DNA of 64,000 bases, from contig CM039009.1 of assembly GCA_017499595.2 (NCBI GenBank), positions 62,001 to 126,000 of the forward strand. The letters run 5' to 3'. Positions 13,969 to 25,045 of the stretch are shown here, piece by piece (position 1 is the stretch's first letter; every line of letters starts with the position of its first letter). The position numbers were made by a program, and so were the translations under genes. The notes below the pieces were generated by a model. That model searched no databases. It was not told where the DNA came from and was given only the letters and a program-made list of their open reading frames with translations. Source of the stretch: Psilocybe cubensis. Taxonomy: Eukaryota.

Positions 13969-16948
13969 CTCGTGCTCGTTCTACTTCATTTTATGCTCGT
14001 TCTACTTCGTTCTACTTCGTTTTGTGCTTGTGCCGTTCTGCGCCGTTCTGCGCCCTTTTGCACCGTTTTGTAACCGTTCTGGTTCGGTTTGTGCTCTTTC
14101 TGCTTCGTTTTGCACCGTTTTGTGCCCTCCTGCACCGTTCTGCTTCGTTCTGCTTCGTTCTGCTTCGTTCTGCTTCGTTTTGTGCCTTTCCTGTTCCTGT
14201 CCCCGTCCCCGTCCCCGTCCCCGTCCCCGTCCCCGTTCTCATTGCGGTTTCCGTTCTGAGCTGGTCCGAGTCCGAGTCCGAGTCCGAGTCCGAGTGCACA
14301 GGTAGCAGGAAGGGAGGCTGGAGGATGGAGGATGGCGATGAGGAGGACGATGGCGATGGCGTTGATGATGGCGTTGATGATGCGCGGCTTGTGCTTGTGC
14401 TTGTGCTTGTGCTTGTGGTGTCGCTGATGCCGATTCTGATGCTTGTTGTGCGCTGTGGGCGGTGTGGGCGCGTTGTCTGATGATGGCTTCGACGACGAGC
14501 GACGAGGATGTTGTCGTTGTTGCTGCTGCTCCTGCTGCTGCTCCTGTTCCTGTTGCTGCTGCTGCTCCTGTTGCTGCTCCTGTTGCTAGTGGTGGTGGTG
14601 GTGGTGGTGGTGGTGGTGGTGGTGGTGGTGACAGCCTTCTTTATTTTCGTTTTTTTTTTTTTTTCCTTTTTTTCCTTTTTTTCGTTTTTGTTTTCGGTTT
14701 CGGTTTCCTTTTTAGAAAAGGTGGAAAAGGAGATAAAAAACGAGAGCGAGAAGGAGAGGGAGAGGGATGACGACCTCGAACTCAACCTCGAACTTGAACT
14801 CGACCTCGAACTCGAACCCGAAATCGCGCTATTTGAACGCGCTGCTGGGCACATTTCCTTTTCCTTTTTTTCTTTTCTTTTTTTTTGTTTCTTGCAAACG
14901 CGTTGTGTGTTTTTTTTGGGGGGGTTCGTGTTCGGTTTTTGGGTTTTTTGGTTTTTGGAATTTTGGTTTGCGCCTCGAAATTCATTCATTCATTCTTTTC
15001 GTTCATGTCTTTTTCGTTTTTTTTTTTTTTTTTTTTTTTTTTTCCTTTTTTCCTTTTTTCCCTTTTTCCTTTTTTCCTTTTTTCCCTTTTTGCTTTTTTT
15101 GCTTTTGATTTTTCTTTCGTGCTTTATTTTCTTTCGTGTATATTTTATTTCGCTTTCATTTCATTTCCAATTTTTTGTGTTTCTTTTTTTAATTTTTTCG
15201 TGTTCTGCATGCATTTTTCGCATTTCGCGTTCACATTTGCTTTCGCGCATCACATCCCCTCTACTCTTTTTTGCTTTTATCTCGCTGGAGACCTTCCCTT
15301 TGCCGCACGTACGGCTACACTCGCGGGTCCGGTTCGTGGACGATCAAGACATTGAGTGCGCATCCATCCGGGTGCCCCCAATTCCGTGTATTCCCATTCT
15401 CCCTACTCGCGAGTGCAAAACGGGTCTCCCACCCATCTCTCCTCTCCTCCCTTCTCCTCCCCTCTCCTCTCTTCTCTCTCCTTTCCCATCCTCAACCAAC
15501 CCAAAACTAACCCCCTCCCTCCCCCCACAGACTCGGACCGCATCGCCGAATACGACATGAAGCTCCTCGACATCGACGCCGACACCCTCACGATCCCCGA
15601 CACCGAATACGACGCGCGCGTCACCCTGCCCTCGGCCGAGTTCACGCGCATCGTGCGCGATCTCTCGCAGTTGGGCGAGAGCGTGCGGATCGAGGTGAGT
15701 AAGGAGGGCGTGCGGTTCGCTAGTGATGGCGAGGCGGCGAATGGGAGTGTGTTGTTGCGCATGGCGGAGGGTGCGGGGGGAGGGGGAGGGGAGAAAGGGG
15801 AGAAGGTGATCAAGCCGAAGAAGGAGGGTGGGCTTGGAGAGGGTGGATCGCAGGCTAAAGAGGAAGATGACGATGAGGACGGTGGGAGGGTTAAAGTGAA
15901 GAAGGAGAAAGATGCTGAGGATGTTGAGATGGATAATGAGGATGAGGAGGAGGAGTTTAAGCCTAAGGACGACGACGATGAGGATGTGGAGGATGAGGAT
16001 GAGGATGAGGATGGTGAAGAGGAGAAAGAGGATGATGAGGACGATGAGGAGGGTGATGAGGACAGCAAGAAGCGGAAGAAAAAGGTGTGTTGCGGTTGCG
16101 CGCTCCTTTATTATTACTATTCAATCAAATTTATCTGATCCAAAAACCCATAAACCCAGGCAAACGGTAAATCCAAACCCTCCAAAAAAGCCAAAACCTC
16201 CTCCTCCAAGTCCTCCAAACCCTCCAAGTCCTCCTCCAAATCCAAAGGCAAAGCCAAATCCTCCTCCTCCTCCAACCCCGACGAAAACACAGACAACGAC
16301 GCGATAATCATCGAGATGAACCAACACGTTTCTTTGACGTTTTCGTTGAAGTACCTGGTCAATTTCTCGAGAAGCGCGAGTTTGAGTGGGAGGGTGCAGC
16401 TTTTGATGAGTAATGATGTGCCGTTGTTGGTGAGTGTTTTTTTTTGGTTTTGTGGGGGTTTTGGGGGGGTTTTGTGTGTGTGGTGGTTTTTTGCGTTGTG
16501 GGTTTCTTACTTGCGTTGGGCGTTGGGCGTATGTGAGCTGGGTGTTAACACTTGGATTACTTTGACGCGTCGCGTCGCGCCATATCTCGGACCCTGTGGT
16601 TTCTTTTTCTTTTTTGTCTTTCGTGGTGGGTCCGACACGGGCACGGGCACGGGTATGGGGGCTCGTCGGGGTCGGTAACGCGCGGGGCGGATAGAGGTAG
16701 AGCTGCGGACGTGTACTTCGCCGGTTTTCTTGTTCATCCGCCTCTACATCCGCATCTGCATCTTCGCCCCTCCCTCCCTTCTCTTTCTCGCGTCTCTTCT
16801 CATTCCCTCTCCATCCTAAACACAACCCAACCGAACCCAACCACTAACACATCTTTCTTTCCTTCTTTTTTTTTCTTTTCAGGTCGCATACGACTTTGAC
16901 CAAGGATACATCCGGTACTACCTCGCGCCCAAGATCGGGGACGATTAA
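12345..16948 (+). CDS. PCNA: Proliferating cell nuclear antigen (402 aa, 5 exons, ~140-aa charged insertion)
   Basis: Exons 12345-12396, 12449-12715, 15531-16084, 16160-16429 and 16883-16948 splice in frame. Motifs [75 protein letters not shown] and [11 protein letters not shown]. Confidence 0.97.
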
Positions 16949-18001
16949 GTAGTCGTCTTAGTCGTCTGGTCCTGCTCGCGTTACGTGGTGAAGTCATCGA
17001 AGCGAGATGAGGTTGTAGTTGAATTGTAGCTTTACGGAGATCTGAGATTGGGGATTGGAGATCAGATGTGTGAGTACGAGTACGAGTACGAGGTCAAGGT
17101 GGAGGTGTCGTTTATGTATGTGGATATGTAGAAAAGTATTGGTTCTAGTAGGTGTAGGTGTAGGTGTAGGCAGAATTTCATACCCCCTCCCCCCTCTCCT
17201 TTCCCCTCTCCTTTTCCCTTTCCCCTCTCTAACTCATACGCACCGCACGACAGCACAGCCAAAAACGACCTTCCTTCATCTCACTTTACAGCTTGCAGGC
17301 TTGTTTTATCTAACTTTGTTTGAATCTATCTTGTGTTTTTTTATCTAACCTTGTTTGCATTCATCTTGTTTTATATCGCCTTGTTTTGTATCGCCTTGTT
17401 CGATTTTCATCTTATTTTATATCACACTGTCCAATGTCGCACCTACACATTGCCCAACTCACAACCTCACGCCACAACTCACAACTCGCCTTCCGTCCTC
17501 TCAGTCCTCTCAGTCCTCTCATTCCATTTCCCTTTCCCTTTCCATTTCCCCAAACCCCTAAAAGTATTTCTAACTTAAATCAAGGCTATACAATTTTTTT
17601 TTTTTTTGTTAAAAAAAAAATAGTACACAATTACAATTACAATTCCTACACATTCCCACACATTCCTCCTCCTCTTTCCTTCAAGTTATTCATCTATCGT
17701 TCCGTTTTGAAAAAAACCTCGTCGCTTATGAAATATCCCACGAACAGTAACAGCAACAACAACACATATTTTCTAAGCTGTACTTTGCTCTGCTCTGTTC
17801 GTTCTCGTTCTAACTTCATGTTGCTGTGTGAAATAGAAATATTGTCGTGGAAAGTACATACAGTACTAATGACAACAGGTGTGCACGTTCCTGCACTTCA
17901 ACCGACACCAACTATCTCCCCTTCGCCCACCAATTAAAGGAAAACCATGCAGCAACCCGTTGCGAAGGAAGGAAGACGTTCCAACCTCCCAACAAAAGTA
18001 A

Positions 18002-18110
18002 CGACGCCAGCAGGATTTGAACCTGCGCCCTCAAAGAGGAACAGATATTAGAACTTATGGGTGCAACTTATGGTTCTAATCTGTCGCTTTAACCACTTAG
18101 CTATAGCGCC
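18002..18110 (-). tRNA. tRNA-Ser(AGA) with 27-nt intron
   Basis: Exons identical to the copy at 3831; intron CCATAAGTTGCACCCATAAGTTCTAAT. Confidence 0.95.
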
Positions 18111-18292
18111 TACAACTGACCACGCCGGCAGCACAACTCGGCAGCATGTGCCATAAGCGCCCATCTGCCTACCACGAGTGAGACTGAATCAGCCCGAGTT
18201 GTGAAATTGATTCTGAATCGCAATGTCCTCACCAGCCATCGACCGATTTTGGCTTGGTGTGAATCACATCATACAATCGGACTCTACTCGTA

Positions 18293-20093
18293 ATGCACAA
18301 GCTCTTATCGAAACTCGATTCCATCAAAGGTCGAGGTCCACATGCAGGAGATTCCGTGACGTCCAATAGCACCACAGATGAGACATTACCAATTAACCAA
18401 GCGGATGTATACAAGTACAGACGACACAGAGGTGTCAATCTCGGTGAGTTCCCCAACCTCTTCGAGTACGCCGCATGCATCTATACTAACCGGATACCTT
18501 CCTTTAGGATCGTGGTTCGTGCTAGAACGCTGGATCACCGAGAGCCCTTTTAAATACGCAGCATCTCCTGCCCAAAGCGATCTTGACATCGCCCGCGGGT
18601 CAGACGCTAAACAGGTGTTAGAAGCGCATTGGGATACGTGGATCACAGACGAAGATTGGACATGGATTTCAAAAATGGGGCTAAATGCTGTCAGGATCCC
18701 GGTGCGTTTCCGCTTTGTCATGTCACTGTGGAGTAGAAGCTAAGGTTTAGACGACAATAGATTGGGTATTACCACTTGTGCGGAGCCGACAGACGGGTAT
18801 TGGATGGTACAGATTTTGCGAACTATCACGAGGTATACGAAGGAGCGTGGTCCAGAATCATTGGTGCTTGCACAAAAGCCGAAAGTCTAGGTATAGGAGT
18901 CTTACTAGGTATGTACACAACCCATAGAAATCCTTCGAAACTAAGCATTCATTCAATCGTTACAGACCTACATGCAGCTCCAGGTGGGCAAAACGCATCG
19001 TCACACTCTGGAATATCGGACCCACATCCCAATTTTTTCGCACACACCCATAACCAAAGAAACACCATATACATTCTAAAATCACTGCTTCAGTCTCTTT
19101 CATCCCATAACCTCTCCAACATTATCGGAATCGAACTTTTAAACGAGCCAGATCCCCCATCCGATACCGCACTAACGAAATGGTACACCCGCGCCATATC
19201 CGAACTACAATCTCTCAACACAGACATGCCCCTATACCTAGGCGAGTGCTGGCGAACGGGCGTCTACGCCGAATACTTGGCCAACCATCCGCCTCTGGGA
19301 ATGGCGGTGCTCGATCACCACCTCTACCGCTGTTTCACTGCAGAAGATATCCGAACCAGCGTCGACGACCATATCCGCGCCATGGACGACCCAAATGGTA
19401 TATCCCACGTCCTTTCCAGTGCATCAGAAAAGGTGGGACGGGTTGGTGGGGGCCTTGTCGTGGGTGAATGGTCAGGTGCACTCAACCCTGGCTCGCTAGC
19501 TGGAATATCCAATGAAAACGAAAAGAAGAAAGCATACGTCGCCGCTCAACTACGAATGTTCGACAGGTCCTGCGGTGGCTGGTTCTTCTGGACGTACAAA
19601 AAAGAGATGGTAGGAGACACAGGCTGGAGCTTGCGAGATTCAGAAGGCGCCGGGGTGTTTCCTTCCTTTGTTGGCATTCCACGAGACGAACCACGTATAA
19701 ACCAAGTCATACATACCAGTAGAACTTCGGAAAGAGATCTGGCCCATGATCAAGCCTTGGGTAACCGCAGATTTATTCGACGCACTATGAATATTATGCT
19801 GACCTATAGCATATCCAGCTGCCCACACACAGTTTTGGGATCAATACACAGGATCTTACGATCACTCATTATTTGGCCGAGGCTTTATTCTGGGCTGGAA
19901 CGATGCCTATCATTTTATATGCTTCACACCGGCTTCCTCGCAAACGGTCAGCGAAATCGGTTTCTTTGGCGCCTGGGCAACGAGGCGAGCAAGAGAGTTA
20001 AATTTAGATGTAAAAGGGAAGCATTATTGGGAGTTTGAACACGGAATAAAACAGGGTTGTAGTGCAGCCTTGAACGACTACAAAACCATGTAA
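18293..20093 (+). CDS. Glycoside hydrolase family 5 (exo-beta-1,3-glucanase-like), multi-exon, no signal peptide
   Basis: RGVNLG/SWFVLERWI, HWDTWIT, GLNAVRIP/IGYY, DLHAAPGGQN, catalytic IELLNEP and VVGEWS, GWFFWTYK. Confidence 0.92.
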
Positions 20094-20155
20094 TTATGTC
20101 TGCCATATCACGATCAGTGCGAAATTCAGTAAATGGTAAGAGGAAATTCTTACTT

Positions 20156-21454
20156 TCAAAATTCATTCTCGTTGAGGACTATCCCGACTGTCAGAAATTC
20201 AGGCTCTTCTAATAACCCGCCTAAAGCTGATCTTTTCCATCGCACGAACCCCGTGTTGTACTTGTTGGGACAATTACAAAATAAGGCAATATCGACACAA
20301 TGAAGGCTGTTGCAGCTCTCGAAAAGACTCTTTGCAAAGCTCTTAAGCGCAGCAGCCTGCTTAGAAATGCTGGCGGACGAGTCCCAATCTGGCGTACAAA
20401 AAATAAGCCTCTGCAACTGGGGGAATGAGGCAAGAAGTCGGTGATCCTGAGAACAATCTTGGTATTCCATAAACCATTTCCATATTTGAAGTGTTGTACT
20501 CACCGCCATAATGAGGGTTTGAGCAACAGAAAACTCAAGAGTATTCTGAAAGTATGACCCGAATGAGATCGTTTTGATGAAACGTTTCTCTTCGCCTATG
20601 CGCCACGTCAAGGCCCCGTTCAAATTCTTCCAAACTAGGTGGGTAACGTTTTTCCGCGTCAGAAACGTTCGTATAAACAAATAGCTCCCTCCAACGCATT
20701 CAAGAAGTGGCAAAAACTTGGGATCATTCGCCGAACCTTCAAAAAGATTTCGATGCCTTTCAAAGATTATTTCTAGATGAAGGTGTCGGAGGTTGGGTTG
20801 AAAAGTCAGAAAATGCATAATCGGTTCTTCATCACTCACAAATGGCCAACATAAAGAATGTAGCTGAAACGAGGGCTTGGGAATTGTTCCTGGACTAATG
20901 GTGATCTGACCCTCTCTAGAATCCCGCTGCCCGAAGAGCAGATAAGCAGCTGCGGGCCCATAGTCATTCCATGATTCTCGCATAACGAGTGACTTTAAGC
21001 CTGTCATTGCACACAACCCCTCTTTGACCAGGTCCCACAGATGTAAATGGTCCGCGGAATGATTGAGGGGTGCCGAATGATATGCTCGTACAAGAACAGC
21101 AATGCGAGGAGTTGTGGTGATCGTTCGGAGGAACGCTATATGTCTTTCGTAGTCTCCCATCGGTATAAACTGTGCAAATATGTTAGTAGAATATGATCGA
21201 GGAAGCCAGTACCCTCTGCCATAGTGCTGCTGGTATGTATCGTCAGCGTCACAAGACGGAAGTGTCATAGGTGAGGCATAGAGACAACGCTCCGCTTCCT
21301 GCCGGAGGATATGAGATGACAATGTCAGCGAGTAGAGCGTTCTACGATCAGTGATAAAGGCACAGATTGGCTGAACCAATTCAGGTGGAATGGGGAGAAG
21401 CGACAATGGGAGACCCAAAGGTTTATCGTGGATGGTGGTGGAAGAATCCATCAT
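20156..21454 (-). CDS. F-box-like domain protein (basidiomycete-expanded)
   Basis: N-terminal IPPELVQPICAFITDRRTLYSLTLSSHILRQEAERCLY F-box-like segment followed by LRR-like helices; paralogous to 27303-28860. Confidence 0.75.
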   Translation of the reverse strand: MMDSSTTIHDKPLGLPLSLLPIPPELVQPICAFITDRRTLYSLTLSSHILRQEAERCLYASPMTLPSCDADDTYQQHYGRGYWLPRSYSTNIFAQFIPMGDYERHIAFLRTITTTPRIAVLVRAYHSAPLNHSADHLHLWDLVKEGLCAMTGLKSLVMRESWNDYGPAAAYLLFGQRDSREGQITISPGTIPKPSFQLHSLCWPFVSDEEPIMHFLTFQPNLRHLHLEIIFERHRNLFEGSANDPKFLPLLECVGGSYLFIRTFLTRKNVTHLVWKNLNGALTWRIGEEKRFIKTISFGSYFQNTLEFSVAQTLIMAVSTTLQIWKWFMEYQDCSQDHRLLASFPQLQRLIFCTPDWDSSASISKQAAALKSFAKSLFESCNSLHCVDIALFCNCPNKYNTGFVRWKRSALGGLLEEPEFLTVGIVLNENEF

Positions 21455-21646
21455 GGTTGTCTTTCTATGAACAAGAAATATAGGATTTATAGCGGCAATG
21501 ACCTTTAGGGTCACATTGTAACAGAACAATGCTCCAATGAGGCCTAGCGTCTTTCAGGGCCAGTGCAAGATGTTGAATTACAAAGTATATCTAAAAATGG
21601 GACAATGCTTCTCATCGGCGTCAGGTCAACTCGGTGAGGCAATATG

Positions 21647-22312
21647 CACTGCGCGCGCCGACCGCTGTAAGTTAAACATACAGCAGAAAACTTACATGTC
21701 TTATGTAAGTTTTGCTGTAAGTTTGACATACAGCACATGTGTATAAAAAACAAACACTTGGCAAAGACATATTGTGTTTGGTGGCTCTATGCCGACCAAA
21801 CACAATTGCTGTAAGTAGACTGTAAATAGAATAAACACCTAAATTACACAAATTGTGTTTGTCCGGTGTTAGTAAAACATACACATTTTCTGTAAGTTGT
21901 ACAAACAGCACTTACTGTAAGTAAAAATTACACACAAAGAAAACAATTTGTGTATGTTATACTTACACAAGTTTTTCAATTCATTTAATGGTGTAAGTAT
22001 AACATACACAAATTGTTTTCTTTGTGTGTAATTTTTACTTACAGTAAGTGCTGTTTGTATTACTTAAAGAAAATGTGTATGTTTTACTAACACCGGACAA
22101 ACACAATTTGTGTAATTTAGGTGTTTATTCTATTTACAGGCTACTTACGGTAATTGTGTTTGGTCGGCATACAGCCACCAAACACAATATGTCTTTGTTA
22201 AATGTTTGTTTTCCCGACACATGTGCTGTAAGTTGAACATACACCTAAACTTACATAAGACATGTAAGTTTACTGCTGTATGTTCAACTTACAGCGGTCG
22301 GCGCCCGCAGTG
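21647..22312. mobile_element. Fold-back CACTA-superfamily MITE, copy 1 (666 bp)
   Basis: Termini CACTGCG...CGCAGTG; 3-bp TSD ATG on both sides; ~320-bp inverted arms around a ~20-bp spacer; many TGTAAG/CTTACA motifs. Confidence 0.92.
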
Positions 22313-22636
22313 ATGTCATTGAATATGATGATACATCAACTCGAAAGCAAAGGGTTGAGGCCATGCAATGTGTGCGAGGCATTCGACTTAGAACATATTA
22401 AGCCTAGCTTAACGGGGAGACAGATGGTTTTGGGAGTTTGTTGGGTTAAACGAGAGAGAACTAGAGGGAAAAAATAGGTTGATTTCAATCAGAATTCAGA
22501 TATACAGTGGCGATGTGGCGTAAAACACGAGGTTAGTGCCAAATTCGAAGATCAGTGTCCATGGACACTTGAAAAATCTTCTAAAAAGACAGATAAATTA
22601 GGCAAGACGTTATTCAGATGCAAAGATCAAAAGGAA

Positions 22637-22742
22637 CGACGCCAGCAGGATTTGAACCTGCGCCCTCAAAGAGGAACAGATAATCAGGATAATGGGATTG
22701 TTTTATTCTAATCTGTCGCTTTAACCACTTAGCTATAGCGCC
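22637..22742 (-). tRNA. tRNA-Ser(AGA) with 24-nt intron
   Basis: Exons identical to the other two copies; intron TAAAACAATCCCATTATCCTGATT. Confidence 0.95.
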
Positions 22743-22861
22743 TATACCACTACATGTTTTGGTACAGTTATATTGAGATGCAATCAGAGAACTTTTAGAA
22801 AGCCATTGTAACGCATTGATGTGCTTCATGGCGTATCAATGCCCTCGGCGTCTGAATAATA

Positions 22862-24019
22862 TCAAGGTGTACTTGCAAAGGATTTGATATCGGAGAGTCG
22901 GTAACGGTCGCATAGGTAGTGAAATGCTCTGTAAAACAGTCTCTGGGTCAGTTGTACATTTCACATGTTACATAATATTATAAAACTTACATATATCCAT
23001 TGACAAATCTCATCCAAAGAGAGTATGCTTTGGTGCCTCTGAGAGCTTCCGTAACTCTCTCATAAGCATCCAGTGTCTCATTTACGACATCCTCCAAAAC
23101 TTCAATCACGTCCTTATGAAGAACATTGGCGCGGTTATGGATGTAATTATTTCTTTCACCTGCGAGCTCCTCCTTGTAGAATCTGTTCCGGATCACTATC
23201 AGTACAATATTCAAAGGAAATACCACAGCCATGAAAGAACCTACGACAGTATATCATTTCCTAGATTTATAAACATTGAAATATTGTCAATTAACTGGAT
23301 ATAATCCCGTACATGGATACCAAGGTCCTTCGGAAAGAGCATAAATGCGTACGCGGCTGCTGAGCCTGTTTTATTCCTGAGATAATAAGGCCATGATATC
23401 GCAGTATTTGGTATTGACATATTCATAATTGCAGGGGTCTGCTCCATTAAACATCCATTGACAAAGTCACAAGCAGATACGATGATTTTGCTAGCTGGTA
23501 AGGTATCCCATAGGTCATGCATACTTCTCAAAAGTTCGCGGAACTCTGAGAAGAACGAGCTATCAGGAGACTGGCATGCAAGAATCCCGTGCTGGAATGA
23601 TTCCATCGACGAATGGAAGCGAGATCCAAAGTTATCAAGGTAGATAGTGTACCTGTGAGAAGACGATAAGGTAACTAGGTCAGACTTCTATAGGAGATAT
23701 GGGTGATATCTTCATACCACGTATATCGAGCGACTTGCAGCCTTATTTCTGGAGAGTGAGTAGGGTAAGCAAGCTAGCAAATGATCTATCGTTAGTTCTC
23801 CGCTTTTCACCGTCTGGAAACATTGCGAATCACCTCTGCTATCGCGGCCGACTCATAGCACAAGTCCAAAAACCACTTCTCCCCATTGTCGTATGCAAAA
23901 CACTCGGTTTTTAGGGCCGTATAAGTCGCATTCTGTAAAGTTATGCCATTATGTGGTACAAAGTTAATTGTCTTGGTGAATCTTGTACATATATCCTTGA
24001 TACGATTGGTGATCACCAT
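22862..24019 (-). CDS. Trichodiene-synthase-like (TRI5 family) terpene cyclase, multi-exon
   Basis: WPYYLRNKTGSAAAYAF, NSE/DTE metal motif NDILS/FYKEELAGERNNY, C-terminal FH...RYRL. The 5' start is uncertain. Confidence 0.85.
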
Positions 24020-24793
24020 TCGTTACCTCTGCTCCAGAATTGGATTGGAAGATAGGGGAGGAAATCGGTTCTTGCGTTCGTTGGGTACCAGGTTTGATAA
24101 AGATTCTTTTATGTTGTGAGCCGGATAAGAAATAATGAAACCATATATAGTTGAACTTTATTCTACTTGTATGAGGCATGTCAAGCCTCTTCCGATTTAC
24201 TGATGCGAAGTACAAAGTGCAACATAAAGAAAATGTTTCTGATTTGAACTCGGCCAATGCTCGCGTCCGAGTCAATGGTAGGCTGCATATATCCTAGATG
24301 AGAAATTTTTCTTTTACAATCCGTAATAACCCTCATTTCCAGCGGTAAAGAATGCTCCGTATCGATAGGATCTCGTCATGGATTCATATTTTCCGAGATA
24401 AAATGAGGAATGAGTATATTTATTTCCACCAGGTTAGGGGTAATCGGAACAGTAGAAAACTATTTTGGAAGGATTGATATTATCATACAAATTTGACGAT
24501 GTTCTTTGTCGAAAATGCTGCTCTGCGACGTTTCAAACCACCATGGGTCACGTCGTTCTAATGATACTAGTAACGGACAGTAACAGACTACAGGCGATGC
24601 ACAGGGGTGAAATTTTAAACTCAGACGGCCCAGGTGGTCCGTGCACGATGACTGTAAATTAAAATTTAGTAAAAATAACGCTTCTGGTCTGTGCGATAGA
24701 TCAATCTCGCGCGTTCTGCAGTGTCAAGAGATATTAATATTCCAGATAGAGGGTCTAACATTGTTCCAAGGGTTGTAGATAAGGCTACTATAT

Positions 24794-25045
24794 TTGCTGA
24801 TCTTATCTGCTAATAGTGACAGGACTAAAACTAGTACCCTCCTTGGCACGTCAGTTAGTACATGCCTCATCACATACAAGATTCATCCCGCTTTGTTGTC
24901 CAGCGATTCGTCGTATAGGAGAAAGTTCACACGCATTGCAGTAATAATCGACGATTTGGCTGCTGCCTACTCGTTGGTATTGCTTGTCATGACCATTAGC
25001 ACAACTCTTCCCTCCTCGTTTAATCGGCTGTATGGTACAATGTAA
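24794..25045 (+). pseudogene. Degraded fragment of a 7TM-like gene paralogous to 4337-5674
   Basis: YRRKFTRIAVIIDDLAAAYSLVLLVMTISTTLPSSF aligns by eye to YRQKFTRVTTVIVESAAVYSLVMLVLAIITALPLSF; no flanking exons recovered. Confidence 0.65.

Larger units (their letters stand above)
7450..17900. repeat. ~10-kb microsatellite-saturated low-complexity island
   Basis: Dense tri-/hexanucleotide and homopolymer arrays, e.g. (GAAGTC)n and (GAAGAC)n 8790-8900, (GAGGTT)n 11040, (GTTCGT)n 13907-13980, (CCCCGT)n 14200, (GTCCGA)n 14265, (GGT)n 14590-14630, T26 15017-15042. Flanking DNA is of normal complexity. Confidence 0.9.

Noticed and set aside
12800-15560. Many long overlapping ORFs (up to 353 aa) in all frames inside the PCNA intron
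   Set aside because: Dipeptide-repeat translations of stop-poor microsatellites; they lie within a well-defined GT-AG intron.
21537-22477. Short ORFs shared with 32909-33495
   Set aside because: Translations of the non-coding MITE arms.
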